Notes: generated by a model not told the origin, from the sequence alone. A DNA stretch of 64,000 bases from an uncultured Verrucomicrobiae bacterium (GCA_963707025.1 CAVPOM010000012.1:320001-384000), one strand, 5' to 3'. Positions 9,459 through 20,697 are shown, numbered from the stretch's first letter. Numbers and translations are program-made.

Positions 9459-12400
9459 ATGGAAATTTCGCTTATGCGCAAATTGGGAAGGTGGTTAAGG
9501 GGAAGCTATCTGCCAGGGGTTGCAGTTTTGCTGATGGGTTTGGAAGTTCGGGCTTCTGCCGCTGGCGCCGTTACCCCTTTTACGAGCTACGAGGCGGAGG
9601 CGGGAACGCTTGGCGGAGGCGCCAGTGTCGTTTCGTTGACGTCTGCTCCAACCACGGAATACTCCAGCCCGCAACTCGAAGCGTCGGGTCATGCCTATGT
9701 TCAGCTCACCGGGCCGGGTCAATATGTGCAGTGGACCAATAATACCGGACAGGGTATCACCGCGATAAACGTCAGGTATTGCATTCCAGATGCGGCAACG
9801 GGTGGAGGAATCACCTCCACCATTGACTTGTACGTGGATGGGGTGTTTCGCCAGGCCTTTAGCGTCAATTCGCAGCAAAATTATTGTTATGAAGGCACCA
9901 ATTACAACGGCCAAACCGACAAGAATCCGGCCGATGGCGACCCGCGCGGCTTCTGGAATGACACGCACGCCTTCATCACCGGAACCGCCGTCGCTCCAGG
10001 CAGCGTCATCGGCCTCCAGAAGGATGCCGCGAACACGGCGACGTTTTACTACATAGACGTTGTTGACCTGGAAGCACCGCCGGCGGCATTGGCTCAGCCG
10101 GCCAATTCCCTTTCCATCCTCACCTACGGGGCGGTGTCGAACAACATTTCCGTGGATAACACGTCGGCCATCAACAATTGCTTCGCCGCCGCCAAATCCC
10201 AGGGGAAGATCGCCTATCTACCGCCGGGCACCTATTATTTTAGCGGCGTTAGCGGAGGACTCAACGCGACGGGGATCACCATCACGGGGGCCGGGCCGTG
10301 GTACAGCACCCTTTATCGCCTCACCCCCAGCGGCAACACGCAGGGCCTGGCCAATATCCTGACCACCGATTCATGCATGGTTTCAAACCTGTGCCTGGAT
10401 TGCGACGCCACCAGCCGGGCGAACAACAACAATAACGGCGCCGTTAACTCCTCCGGCACAAATTGGGTGGTGGACAACGTTCTGGATTCAACATGCGACT
10501 TCTTCCTTCTGGTGCGCGGGCGTCGGCGGCATCGCGAGGAATTGCCGGACTTTGAGCACCTGGGCGGACGGCGGCAACTTTAACAACGTGCAAAGCGCCA
10601 ACGGCATCGGCATGAATCTCATCTATTCCAACAACTTTGTCCGGGGCACGGGAGATGACGCCATGGCCGTCAATTCCGTCCATTACAATGTTTATGGCGC
10701 GACGACCAATTACTACACCATCATGAGCAACATCACTTTTGTCAATAATACCGCCATCGCTCCCTGGGGAGGCAAGTGCCTTGGGCTTTATGGCGGAATT
10801 AAGGTGGTGGCCGCAAATAATCTGCTCTGCGACACCCCGCGCTACATGGGTTTGGGCGTGTCGAGATTCGGTGTGAATGGATCGGATCTTCTATCGGCCA
10901 CGGTGACTGGCAACACCCTTTTAAGATGCGGGGGGAATGGCTACGACCAGCAGCAGCAGGCCCTGATGATCGGCAATGGCGGCGACGCCCAGGGCGTGGG
11001 GATTGTCGCCAACGCCTACGTTGGATCGAATTCGATTGTGGACGCCCTGTATGATGCCGTCGGCTTTTCGACCAGCTCAAACATTGTTTTTCAGCGCAAC
11101 ACGATCACCGATCCAGGCCTCGACGGGATGGCTGTGGGCGCCCCGGATTTGGGATCCGGCGTTATGGGAGCGGCCATCATCAACTCCAACACCGTGACTG
11201 GTTTGAATGCCGGAAACGTTGCGTTAACCAACAGCTCGATGCTCTACGCTGCTGTCATACCAACTGAAGCCGCGGGCTACAACAGTGCGGCGGGAGCGCC
11301 AACGGAGAATTGCGCCGAAGGCGGCCTGGATGTTGGTCCGGTCCAAAATGGCTCCTATGCAGCCTTCAACAATATCGTCCTGAACGGTGTCAATACTTTC
11401 GTGGCCAGGGTGGCAGGCTCCGGCGCAGGTGGCGGCATTCTGGTTTATCTCGACAATACCAATGGCACATTGATTGGGACCTGCGCGGTGCCGGCCACGG
11501 GCGGATGGCAGACCTGGACGAATGCTTATTGCAGTGTCAACGGAGCCAGCGGAACTCATAATGTCTATCTGGTCTTTTCCGGAGGCGGCGGAAATCTGTT
11601 CAGTTTGGAGTTTTTCGGCCTTTTTTCCGCCCCTCCAACCCTTTCCCATCAATTGGTTCCCGGCAATTCTTATTCCCTGAAATCGCTGGCCAACGGCGAA
11701 TACGTCACTGCAGCCAATGGCGGCGCCAGCGCGCTCATCGCCCAAAGCACGTCGGTTGGTACGCCGCAGGAGTTCACGGTCGTTGACGAGGGCGGCGGCC
11801 ATATCGCTTTTCAGGCCCGCGTCAATAGCGATTACGTATGCGCCGACAATGCCGGCGGCAGTCCTCTTATTGCCAATCGGACCGCGGTTGGCTCGTGGGA
11901 AACCTTTACAGAGTTTAATGCGGGCAACGGCAACATCGGCCTGCTGGCGATGGCCAATGACAGGTTTGTCAGCGCGCCCAACGGGGGCGCCAGTTCGCTC
12001 ATCGCCCAGAGCACAACCATCGGAGTCCAGGAATCCTTCACTCCGGGGTTGGTTTACCTTGTCCCGCCGCCGGCGCCGGGCGGCCTGACGGCCAGTCCGG
12101 GCAATGCAGAGGTGTTCCTAAGTTGGACGGCCCCGTCATCCGCCACCGGCTATAATGTCAAATGCTCCACCACCAATGGCGGGCCTTATAGCATCATTGG
12201 CACAAACCTGAACGCACTGAATTTCACCAACACCGGCCTGAGCAACGGCACAATTTATTACTTCGTCGTATCCGCCGTAAACACGGCGGGCGAAAGCACC
12301 AACTCAGCACAAGTGGCGGTCGCCCCCGAACTGAATTTGGCGGTTCGTTTTGAAGGAGACCTGATTGTGAACCTGCAATCAACGGATTTGAGTGCCGGTT

Positions 12401-13542
12401 CCAATGTCTGGACCAATCGCACCAGCAATGGGCAGAGCGTGGGCAACTTCACCACTCTGGGCGGAGCCAACCTGAATGTGGCGGCGGTGTCGTGGAACGG
12501 GCAGACGGTCAACACCCTTTTTGTCCATTCTTCAGGCAACAATTCGGTGCAGTCGGCCTTGGCCAGCCCAAGCGAAATCGTCTCCAACTCCCCGGTATCG
12601 GTCGAGGCCTGGCTCCTGGCCCTCAGTGTCAGCCCCAAGCGGGCCATCGTCAATTATGGCTGGCAGGGAGGCCCGGGCGCGCCGGTGGAAGACCGGGAAT
12701 TCAGCTATGATACGGGCGGTTCGGGCGTCATTTCCGGTGACTTTGGCAACCTGGACACGGCGTGGGCGACGACCCCCAACACCAACCTCTGGCATTATGT
12801 GGCCTACACCTGGGATGGCAGCACCATCACCGCCTATCTGGACGGCCTGCGCAATGTGCAAAGAAACGTGGGCGCCATCTGCAAGACGGTGCCGACGTTC
12901 CTGCAGATTGGCTCAGGCATCGGGGGCACGGGCGTCAACGGGGGCAATGACGTGGCCGACGACTATATTGCCTGCGCGCGGGTGGAGAGCGGGGTCTTGA
13001 CGGCCGGGGAAGTGGCGGCCAACTATGCCGTGGGACCGTTGGGGACGCCGGTCGCCAGCACCCCGGCGGGACTGGCGGCTGCGGCCGGGGACAGCCGGGT
13101 GATTTTGTCTTGGAACCCGTCCGGCAATGCCACTAATTACAATGTCAAAAGTTCCACCAATTCCGGCGGGCCTTACAGCGTGGTGGTGTCGAACCTGGCG
13201 GCGTTGCATTTCACCAACACCGGCCTGGCCAACGGGAGAACGTATTATTTCGTGGTGTCCGCGACCAACTCGGCCGGTGAGAGCGCCAACTCCGCGCCAG
13301 TGGCGGCGCAACCAGTGTCCCTGACCTCGCCGCAGCTCAACTTTGTGGTCAGCGACGGCCAAATCCAATTCAACTGGCCGCAAGACCATCTGAGTTGGAG
13401 GCTGCAAGGGCAATCCAACGGGCCGGGAGCCGGCCTGGGGACAAACTGGGTGACGGTGTCCGGTTCGACGGCGACGAATCAGATGACCATCCCGATTAGC
13501 CCGGCAGGAGGCAGCGTCTTTTACCGGATGGTTTACCCATAG
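9459..13542 (+). CDS. Secreted GH87-like (alpha-1,3-glucanase/mycodextranase-type beta-helix) with CBM6, fascin-like beta-trefoil, FN3, LamG-like and FN3. Frameshift near 10481
   Basis: GAVTPFTSYEAEAG, LEASGHAYVQL, TWADG, RGTGDDAMA, VPATGGWQTW, LIANRTAVGSWETF. Removing one T at GACAACGTTCTGG (10473-10485) joins the two ORFs as DNVWIQHATSSFWCAG. Confidence 0.85.
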
Positions 13543-13547
13543 GAGAA
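12342..13547 (+). repeat. 1.2 kb direct repeat, copy 2
   Basis: Near-identical to 8251-9456. Confidence 0.95.
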
Positions 13548-13555
13548 GAGATGTT

Positions 13556-14938
13556 TCAATGGCTGGCCGAGTCGGCCGCCCAGATGGCGCGAATCGCCTC
13601 CTCGTCGCCAAGTCCATCCGGGACTGCCGTGCTTGGTGTGTTGGCGTAATACCAGCGCTTTTGATTCAGCGGCGAGGTTTCCGTGCGGCTGCCAGGCATT
13701 TCGAGCCAGCCATTGGTGTCGGTCTTCCGCACCCAATCCCAGGCGTAGCGCAGCCAGTCGCTGCGATAGGGTTTGGGCTGGTTGGCGAACCAGGAGATTT
13801 CGTCGTAGCCCCACACCCAGTTGAATTCGCCTTGCGCATTCGGCTGTCCCGGGTGCCGGCTGACGCCATAATTATCCAGTTCCGCCAGCCAGGGCAGATG
13901 CTCGCACGTCCAGCCGCTGACAGTCAGACCGCCCTTGCTGTGCCCATAGAGGCCGTCGGAAAATCCAACTTTCAAAATCGCCTCTTGCGGCTTGTCGGGA
14001 ACTTCCATCACGCGCAGCGGGAACGCGTTAAAATCCAGGAGCGGCCGTCCGTTGCGCATCAGGCCGCCGGTGGGGACATGGCCGTTGCACAGCACCATGT
14101 GGCGGCGGGCGTGGCTGGCGGCGTAAGTCCTGACCAGGGTGAGCAAATGTTCCCATTGGGCGTTATCGCGGTCGTTTTTGTTCATGATCTCGACCTGGCC
14201 GAAGTGGATCGCCCCGCAACCGATGTCAATGTAGGATGCCGCCTGATAATAGAACCAAAGTTGGGTTTCCAGCCGGCTCTCATCCGGGACCTGGGCATTG
14301 CCCATCGCCCGGCGCTGACCCACCGGATAGATTATGTCGTCGTAACGGAAATTCCGTTGTTCCACCGGCTGGCCAAGGGCCGTGAACACCCAGTCCGGGA
14401 TGGCAATCTGATTCACCCGCGCGCTGACGGTCTCGAAAACGCAGGCTTCCAAAATGATTTCCGGATCAGCCGCCAGCACCTGCGGGATCTCCTCCCTGGC
14501 GCGCTGAATGTTAGTCAGGAAATTGGCCTCCGCGCCCCACAGACAAAGGGCGCGACCAATGTACTTGGCTCCGGTGCTCTTGAGCATGCGGATGTTGTCT
14601 TCCAGATTGCCGCGGCCATTGAGCAGGCCCTCCATGCAAATGGAGCGGGAGAGGTAGTTTTCCAATACTTCGCGGGAAATGGTCCCGTCAAATTGATAAC
14701 CGCCCGGCCGGGCGTACGTCGGCTCCGACTTCAATTCCACACCGTTGACGGTGATGACGGCATCCAGATATTGTCCCGCCCCGTTTATTGTTCCAACGAA
14801 ACCAAATGCACCGGCGGCGATCGCCGCCAAAGCGAGGAGTCTTGCCGGCCTGGCTGCAGGAAGGCGCACTTCACATTTTTGGGCATCTGCTCCTAATCCT
14901 AATGTTAATCCTGATCTTAATCTCATTTTATTATTCAT
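13556..14938 (-). CDS. Secreted hypothetical protein, possibly glycoside-hydrolase-like. Start uncertain
   Basis: 460-aa ORF with a hydrophobic leader, rich in Trp/Tyr and acidic residues (IHFGQVE, LAELDNYG, WVWGYDEISWF). Last gene of the GH95-GH3 run. Confidence 0.7.
   Translation of the reverse strand: MNNKMRLRSGLTLGLGADAQKCEVRLPAARPARLLALAAIAAGAFGFVGTINGAGQYLDAVITVNGVELKSEPTYARPGGYQFDGTISREVLENYLSRSICMEGLLNGRGNLEDNIRMLKSTGAKYIGRALCLWGAEANFLTNIQRAREEIPQVLAADPEIILEACVFETVSARVNQIAIPDWVFTALGQPVEQRNFRYDDIIYPVGQRRAMGNAQVPDESRLETQLWFYYQAASYIDIGCGAIHFGQVEIMNKNDRDNAQWEHLLTLVRTYAASHARRHMVLCNGHVPTGGLMRNGRPLLDFNAFPLRVMEVPDKPQEAILKVGFSDGLYGHSKGGLTVSGWTCEHLPWLAELDNYGVSRHPGQPNAQGEFNWVWGYDEISWFANQPKPYRSDWLRYAWDWVRKTDTNGWLEMPGSRTETSPLNQKRWYYANTPSTAVPDGLGDEEAIRAIWAADSASH
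14890..14924. repeat. Degenerate (AATCCT)n hexamer run
   Basis: CTCCTAATCCTAATGTTAATCCTGATCTTAATCTC. Confidence 0.6.
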
Positions 14939-14965
14939 ATGACTGTAAATTCTCCGATCCCGCCC

Positions 14966-17686
14966 CTAACGCACCACCAGCGCCAATTTCCGGGTCAATT
15001 TGTCGGATGCGGCGCCGACGAGAATTTCATAACCGCCCGGTTCTACTTTGTAGCTCTTTGTTGCCACATCCCAATAACGAAAGCGCTCGACCGGTATCTC
15101 GACCGACACCGGCGCCGTCTTTCCCGCCGGGACCTTGATGCGGGTGAAGCCGCACAGGGCCAGTTGTGCCTGGGGCAGCGATGATTTCAGGTGCCGATAA
15201 TAGACCTGCACCACCTCATCGCCGTCGCGTCGTCCGGTGTTTTTCACGTTCACTGAAAGCGTGATCGAATCGTCCCGGCTCACGCGCGTATGGTCGAGCT
15301 TTGCGCCACTGTAGGCGAACTTGGTGTAGCTCAAGCCGTGGCCGAAGGCGAAAAGCGGTTTGCCGGCGAAATAACGATAAGTGCGATGGCTCATGCTGTA
15401 ATCCTCAAACGGCGGCAAATCAGCGGTGGCCTGGTAGAAGGTGACCGGGAGGCGTCCGGCGGGGTTGGTGTCGCCAAAAAGCGCCTCCGCCACCGCGCGT
15501 CCTCCCTGCTCGCCGGGATACCACACCTGCAAAATGGCGGGCAGATTTTTGGCGGCCCAAACCAGGGCCACGGCGCTCCCGCTGCAATTCACGCACACCA
15601 CAGGTTTGCCGGCCGCATGAAGGGCCTTGAGCAATTCCACTTGGACCGCGGGCAGCGCGATATCTGTGCGGTCGCCGCCGCCAAACCCGATATAATTGAC
15701 AGGCATCTCTTCGCCTTCAAGCTGCGGGTTCAGCCCGCCAACGTAGATGACGACATCCGCAGCCGAAGCCGCCTGCACCGCGCGGGTGAACATATTGCGC
15801 TCCGCGGGCTTTCCGCTCTGGTCCTTGCGTGTGGCCAGAGGACAGCCTGGGTCAAAGACCACTTCCACACCCGGCCCCGCGACAGACTTAATGCCGTCAA
15901 GAATGGTGACGGGCCTGGCGGGCGTTCCGCAGTAGTTGCCCAGCAAAACATCGAGGGAACCGGCGTTGGTGCCGATGACGGCGATGCGCTTGAGCTTGGC
16001 GCGGTTGAGCGGCAGCACGCCGTCGTTTTTCAGCAGCGTGACGGACTCGCGCGTGGCGCGCAGGGACAGCGCCTCATGTTCAGGGGTATCGTTTTGGCTG
16101 AAAGGTATTCGGGCGTAGGCGACTTGTTCGGGAGGATCGAACAGCCCCAGCCGGAAGCGCGCATCCAACACATGGCCTAGCGCAACATCCATTTCCGGTT
16201 CGGTAATCAGCCCTTGCCTCACGGCTCTGGGGAGCGCGTTGTAGTCATTCCCGCAACACAAGTCGCAGCCGGCCTTAACCGCCCGCGCGGCGGCTTCCTC
16301 GCGGGTGGGGACCTTTTTGTGATTGGCGAAAATGTCATAAATCGCGCCGCAATCGGAAACGACGTGGCCTTGGAAACCCCATTGCTGGCGCAGGAGGTCG
16401 CCCAACAACAATTTGCTCGAAGTCGCCGGTTCGCCATAGACGCTGTTGTAGGCGCCCATCACAATCCCGACCCTGCCCTCGCGCACGGCGGCTTCGAAGT
16501 GCGGAAGGTAGGTCTCATGGAAATCCCGCTCCGAGATCTCCGCGTCAAACGTATGCCGCGTGGACTCCGGACCGCTGTGGACGGCAAAGTGTTTGGCGCA
16601 AGCCATCGCCTTGATATAATTCGGATCATCGCCCTGCAAACCGCGGATGAACGCCACGGCCATGCGCGAGGTGAGAAATGGATCTTCCCCGTAGGTTTCC
16701 TGGCCGCGCCCCCAACGCGGGTCGCGAAAGATGTTGATGTTCGGAGTCCAAAAGGTAAGCCCGTAATACTTGGCGCTGTCTCCCCCGTGCGCGCGCGTGT
16801 ATTCGTTATGCTTGGCCCGGGCCTCGGTGGCGATGGTGTCCGCAATATCATGCAGCAACGGGGCGTCCCACGTCGCCGCCAGGCCGATGGCTTGGGGAAA
16901 AACGGTGGCGACACCGGATCGCGCCACTCCGTGGAGACATTCATTCCAATAATTGTAGGCCGGCAGGCCGACGCGGGGAATCGCCGGAGCCGTGTTATGC
17001 ATCTGGGCCGCTTTTTCGGCCAGCGACATGCGCCGGATTAAATCCTTCACGCGCGCCTGCAGCGGTTGGGCCGGGTCTTTCCACAACACCGGACCTTCCA
17101 CTACCGGGGGAACCAGGGCCGCCGCATCATCCCCGGTGATCAAATCCGCGGCCTTCATGGAAACAATGGATGCGCCGGACGCATTCTGAAGTTCAAACGT
17201 GTTCAGCTTGGCGGCGCCACGCCGCGCGATCAGACGGACGCGCAGCGGCCCGTGCAAGGCGTCTCCCGGATGTTCGACTTGGGCGCGAATCCGCACGACT
17301 TTGTCCTTGCCGCCGGCGGCGGCGAAAATGTCGAGATTGGTCGCAATCACCTGCTCGCCGCACACGATATCAAACAAACGCTGGCCGGCCTTGTCGTGTT
17401 GCAGTTCCACCAACCCGATCTCAACGGTGTATTTCCCGGCCGCAAGATCAGGCACCGTCAGCGCGAAGCCGGGACCGTGGATTTCGTCACGGAAATCCGC
17501 CTCGTTTCCAGGCGCGTTCGCGATCAAAAAGGTGTCGCTGGTGCCGTGCTCAAACTGGCCGGTGACGACCAGTTTCTTATCGCACGCGCCGCAGACCTCG
17601 TCCTCTGCGCTGACCGAAAAACAAAGGCACAAAACCATCGCGGCAATGCAGGTGAACAGCCGGTTCGGAGAGATTATAGAGCCCAT
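14966..17686 (-). CDS. GH3 beta-xylosidase/beta-glucosidase with N-terminal malectin-like and C-terminal FN3-like domains
   Basis: WNECLHGVA, RDPRWGRGQETYGEDP, KHFAVHSGPE, nucleophile region VVSDCGA, FGHGLSYT. Malectin-like GQRLFDI...NLDIFAAAGG. Confidence 0.93.
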   Translation of the reverse strand: MGSIISPNRLFTCIAAMVLCLCFSVSAEDEVCGACDKKLVVTGQFEHGTSDTFLIANAPGNEADFRDEIHGPGFALTVPDLAAGKYTVEIGLVELQHDKAGQRLFDIVCGEQVIATNLDIFAAAGGKDKVVRIRAQVEHPGDALHGPLRVRLIARRGAAKLNTFELQNASGASIVSMKAADLITGDDAAALVPPVVEGPVLWKDPAQPLQARVKDLIRRMSLAEKAAQMHNTAPAIPRVGLPAYNYWNECLHGVARSGVATVFPQAIGLAATWDAPLLHDIADTIATEARAKHNEYTRAHGGDSAKYYGLTFWTPNINIFRDPRWGRGQETYGEDPFLTSRMAVAFIRGLQGDDPNYIKAMACAKHFAVHSGPESTRHTFDAEISERDFHETYLPHFEAAVREGRVGIVMGAYNSVYGEPATSSKLLLGDLLRQQWGFQGHVVSDCGAIYDIFANHKKVPTREEAAARAVKAGCDLCCGNDYNALPRAVRQGLITEPEMDVALGHVLDARFRLGLFDPPEQVAYARIPFSQNDTPEHEALSLRATRESVTLLKNDGVLPLNRAKLKRIAVIGTNAGSLDVLLGNYCGTPARPVTILDGIKSVAGPGVEVVFDPGCPLATRKDQSGKPAERNMFTRAVQAASAADVVIYVGGLNPQLEGEEMPVNYIGFGGGDRTDIALPAVQVELLKALHAAGKPVVCVNCSGSAVALVWAAKNLPAILQVWYPGEQGGRAVAEALFGDTNPAGRLPVTFYQATADLPPFEDYSMSHRTYRYFAGKPLFAFGHGLSYTKFAYSGAKLDHTRVSRDDSITLSVNVKNTGRRDGDEVVQVYYRHLKSSLPQAQLALCGFTRIKVPAGKTAPVSVEIPVERFRYWDVATKSYKVEPGGYEILVGAASDKLTRKLALVVR

Positions 17687-17708
17687 GATTTTTGTTATTT
17701 TGGTCTGG

Positions 17709-20639
17709 CTATTTTGGCAGGACACGATATTTATGCCCCGCCACAGTCGGAAAGATCAAGCACTCCCCGTTGCTCCGATCGAGTTTGGCCGGCAACGATT
17801 CCGCTCTCCCGGCTTCATGAACGGCAACCTCCTGGCCAGGCCAGGGATTCATCAACTGGCACTGGTTGTCGCGCCGCGCCTGTATTTCAACGTAATAAAC
17901 GCCGTTGGAATTATGGCAGGCGGATACCAGAAAACCACCGCGCGCCTGGAAATTATGGTATGCCACTTCGCTCGCAGGCGGCACCGCCGGAAACAAATAA
18001 ATCCGTCCGCTGCGGCTGTTCAAAAGTGTTTCCGCATCGTTCCTGCCGCCAACTTCGCCGCCTCCCCCGCGCCGGCCGCCTCCTTCGCCCGGAGGCACAC
18101 CCAACAAGGTCAACGCCATGGGGGTGGTTTGAGACTGGATGGTTCGCACCGTGCGGAGCATCAAGTCCTTCTGATCTTGAGGGGAGTCGAGATTAATTTC
18201 GTCCGCCAGGACTGTGGGGTAGGAATTGGCCTCGTTTTGATGATCGCGCGAGTCACGCCTCGGCTCCAAACCGGGAATGGCGGTGAGCACGGCCCCACTG
18301 GTTGTCTGCCAGGTTGAGTAAGGCGGCAATTGCGCGGCCACTTCCCGCCATTGCTTGCTCAAGCCGGCATCCACGCCGAGAAGCTCCGCGGCGTCGGCTG
18401 CTCGCGTCAATCCCCAGCGGAACAAGCACACCGAGCTGATCACATCCTTGTTGCGCGAGAACTCCGGGTAAAAGCCCCAGCGCTCCTCTTCCATGCACGG
18501 TATGACGTGGTAGTAACCATCAGCGCCTCTCCTGGCGTAGGCTGCATAGAACAGGGCCATTTGCTTCATCATGGGATAACATACTTGACGCAGGTAATTA
18601 GTGTCGCCGCCGTAGTCCCATTCATCCCAGGCGGGGCGCAGAAGTTCGGCCATGGTGCCCAGACAAAATTCAAGGGCGATGGTGGTGTGGACGTATTTGT
18701 CCGGCTTGACCGGCGGCAGGTAGCCGTGAGTGAGAAGCATTCCCGGCAGGTCGCCTAAATGCCGCGCGTTTTCCACTCCTCCCGGCATCCAGTGTTGCAC
18801 GATCTGTTTCCACATGTCCTCGCTATCACCCCAGTTGCGAACGAAGCGCGAGGTGTAAAAGATCTCGTTATAGCAGGGAGCGCCGTCGAAATCCTGAAAG
18901 TCCCTTTCCGGCCGGGCGTAGGAAGCGCTGCATTCAAGCTGGGTCATATCGGTCTTGGTGCCGCCGCCGTGGCTGTCGGTCCAACTCCGGCAGATCTCGG
19001 GAAGGTTGTCGCTCACGTTTGTGCCAGTCAGTCCGTGGAACACGCGTCCGTCTTCCCGCTTGTCGTAGAAGGCATTCCACCACTGGCTGTTTTCCCGTGC
19101 CACCCCGTCGAACCCGCCCGCTTCCGCTTCCGCCAAACGTTTCCTGGCCAAGGCCACAAGATTGGGACCATCCATCGTGGTTACTATGGTGATATAGGCC
19201 TCCAGTTGGCCGTCGGCTCCGGGTGTGAAGGTGGCCGTGGCCGCAGCGCCCGGCGCCAGGGCGATGGACGGCCGGGGCGCTCCAAACCAATCCCAAGGCA
19301 TCGGCGGATTCGGCGGCGGCGTGCCAAGGCCGGTTTGGCCTTCCGCCACTTTTACCTCTATGTTTTTGGGTGTGGCCACCACGCCCATGAGCACATACTC
19401 GAAGCCTTGCGGAAAGGTCTTTTCCCCGGGCATTTTCTGCCGAATCCAGAAGTAGCGCCCATCGGTGCCGCTGGTAGGAGCATCAATAGGCCCGTTAAAG
19501 GCCCTGTCGGCTTCCGCCTCCGGCTTGGTATAGGTTTTGCCATCGGGTTCCATATAATCCAGATGGGACGTGTCCTGGTGCCGATAAAGCCGGACAAAGA
19601 CCGGGGTGTTGATTCCGGCAAATCTGCCGCGGATGGCGTAGATGTTGTTGGTCATCCCAAGGACATATTGGAGGCTGGCCTTCGCATCGCCATTGGTCAT
19701 CTGCAGGGTCACGACGCCGTTCGCACAACTTTGTGTCAGTCGCGGCGTGCTGGCCCCAGCCAGCGGGTCCATTCCAATAATGATCTGACCGACCGGCTTG
19801 AGACATGGAAACGCATACCTCATCGGGGTGCGGTAGGGATCGTAGGTTCCACCCTCTTTGCGCAGCCATCCCAGGTCCAAGGGGCGCAACGAATTGCCCG
19901 GTTTCCTGGATAACTCCTTTGGGTAAGCGTCTTCGAGCAGAAGCCGGTTCAGCCGGACCAAATCCCGGCCTTGCGGGCTGCGCGCTCGAAGCTCATCCGT
20001 TTCAGGCCGGAAACGGATCTCTTGGAATAGCTTGGCGTCATAAATGGATGGGCCGGCAATGACCGTGTTAAAGTAAGCTGCCAAATTTGTCAGCACAACG
20101 CGCTCCAGTTCCTGGGCCCTCGGTTTTGAAGCCAGCCAGGCGTCCAGCGACGCCTTGGTTTTATCGTCCAAACGTTCATCCAGCCAGGCGGATACGGCAT
20201 CGGATTTATTCGCCATCCTGCCCGCCAGGGAAGCTGGATTGACTATGTCACCGACAAAGAAGCTTGGGGAATCAATCTCTTTTACGCCCACATAATATCT
20301 ATTGACAGCCGCAAAAGCGCCCTCGGTGATGTCCTGCAAAGTTGGCGCCGGAAACACGTGAAGCCGGCGGTCCCACACATTGTTCTTGGTCAGGCTGATC
20401 GTAATCCGATCCGGCGTCCCCCAGAGGACGGTGTGCATCTTTAGATTGTTGATGCTCATCGTCGTCCGGCTGTTGGGATCGCTGGGATTCAATTCGCCCG
20501 TCACCACCGCCGATTGGGCTGCTTCCCGCAATGGCCTTTCGCGCTGCCAGGGAAGAACCGGGGAGTCCGCCGCCGGCATGGCCAAAACACTGCCAGGAAG
20601 CCAGTAAGCCAGCGCCGCCAGCGCATTTATGATTCTCAT
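17709..20639 (-). CDS. Secreted GH95-like (alpha/alpha)6 glycoside hydrolase with a ~125-aa inserted segment
   Basis: KNNVWDRR, WDEWDYGGDTNYLRQVCYP, IYLFPAVP...FQARGGFLVSA, typical of GH95/GH65-like C-termini. Confidence 0.7.
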   Translation of the reverse strand: MRIINALAALAYWLPGSVLAMPAADSPVLPWQRERPLREAAQSAVVTGELNPSDPNSRTTMSINNLKMHTVLWGTPDRITISLTKNNVWDRRLHVFPAPTLQDITEGAFAAVNRYYVGVKEIDSPSFFVGDIVNPASLAGRMANKSDAVSAWLDERLDDKTKASLDAWLASKPRAQELERVVLTNLAAYFNTVIAGPSIYDAKLFQEIRFRPETDELRARSPQGRDLVRLNRLLLEDAYPKELSRKPGNSLRPLDLGWLRKEGGTYDPYRTPMRYAFPCLKPVGQIIIGMDPLAGASTPRLTQSCANGVVTLQMTNGDAKASLQYVLGMTNNIYAIRGRFAGINTPVFVRLYRHQDTSHLDYMEPDGKTYTKPEAEADRAFNGPIDAPTSGTDGRYFWIRQKMPGEKTFPQGFEYVLMGVVATPKNIEVKVAEGQTGLGTPPPNPPMPWDWFGAPRPSIALAPGAAATATFTPGADGQLEAYITIVTTMDGPNLVALARKRLAEAEAGGFDGVARENSQWWNAFYDKREDGRVFHGLTGTNVSDNLPEICRSWTDSHGGGTKTDMTQLECSASYARPERDFQDFDGAPCYNEIFYTSRFVRNWGDSEDMWKQIVQHWMPGGVENARHLGDLPGMLLTHGYLPPVKPDKYVHTTIALEFCLGTMAELLRPAWDEWDYGGDTNYLRQVCYPMMKQMALFYAAYARRGADGYYHVIPCMEEERWGFYPEFSRNKDVISSVCLFRWGLTRAADAAELLGVDAGLSKQWREVAAQLPPYSTWQTTSGAVLTAIPGLEPRRDSRDHQNEANSYPTVLADEINLDSPQDQKDLMLRTVRTIQSQTTPMALTLLGVPPGEGGGRRGGGGEVGGRNDAETLLNSRSGRIYLFPAVPPASEVAYHNFQARGGFLVSACHNSNGVYYVEIQARRDNQCQLMNPWPGQEVAVHEAGRAESLPAKLDRSNGECLIFPTVAGHKYRVLPK

Positions 20640-20679
20640 GCTGAAATGTTATCAGTACTGCATCGTCTTGACTTGTAGT

Positions 20680-20697
20680 ATCCCCTAAAACGGGGAT
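20680..20697. promoter_or_regulatory. Palindromic site upstream of the GH95-GH3 operon
   Basis: ATCCCCTAAAACGGGGAT. Downstream on the minus strand: TGaTAACAT, 6 nt, ATG at 20639. Confidence 0.6.

Noticed and set aside
8251..13547. DGR template/variable repeat pair
   Set aside because: No reverse transcriptase is present, both copies are coding, and the differences are not restricted to adenines.
13559..14896. 445-aa plus-strand ORF and similar long antisense ORFs (354-1217, 36653-38005, 38028-39542, 44211-45797, 48676-51429, 59061-60089)
   Set aside because: These are shadow frames of GC-rich genes on the opposite strand with no recognisable motifs.
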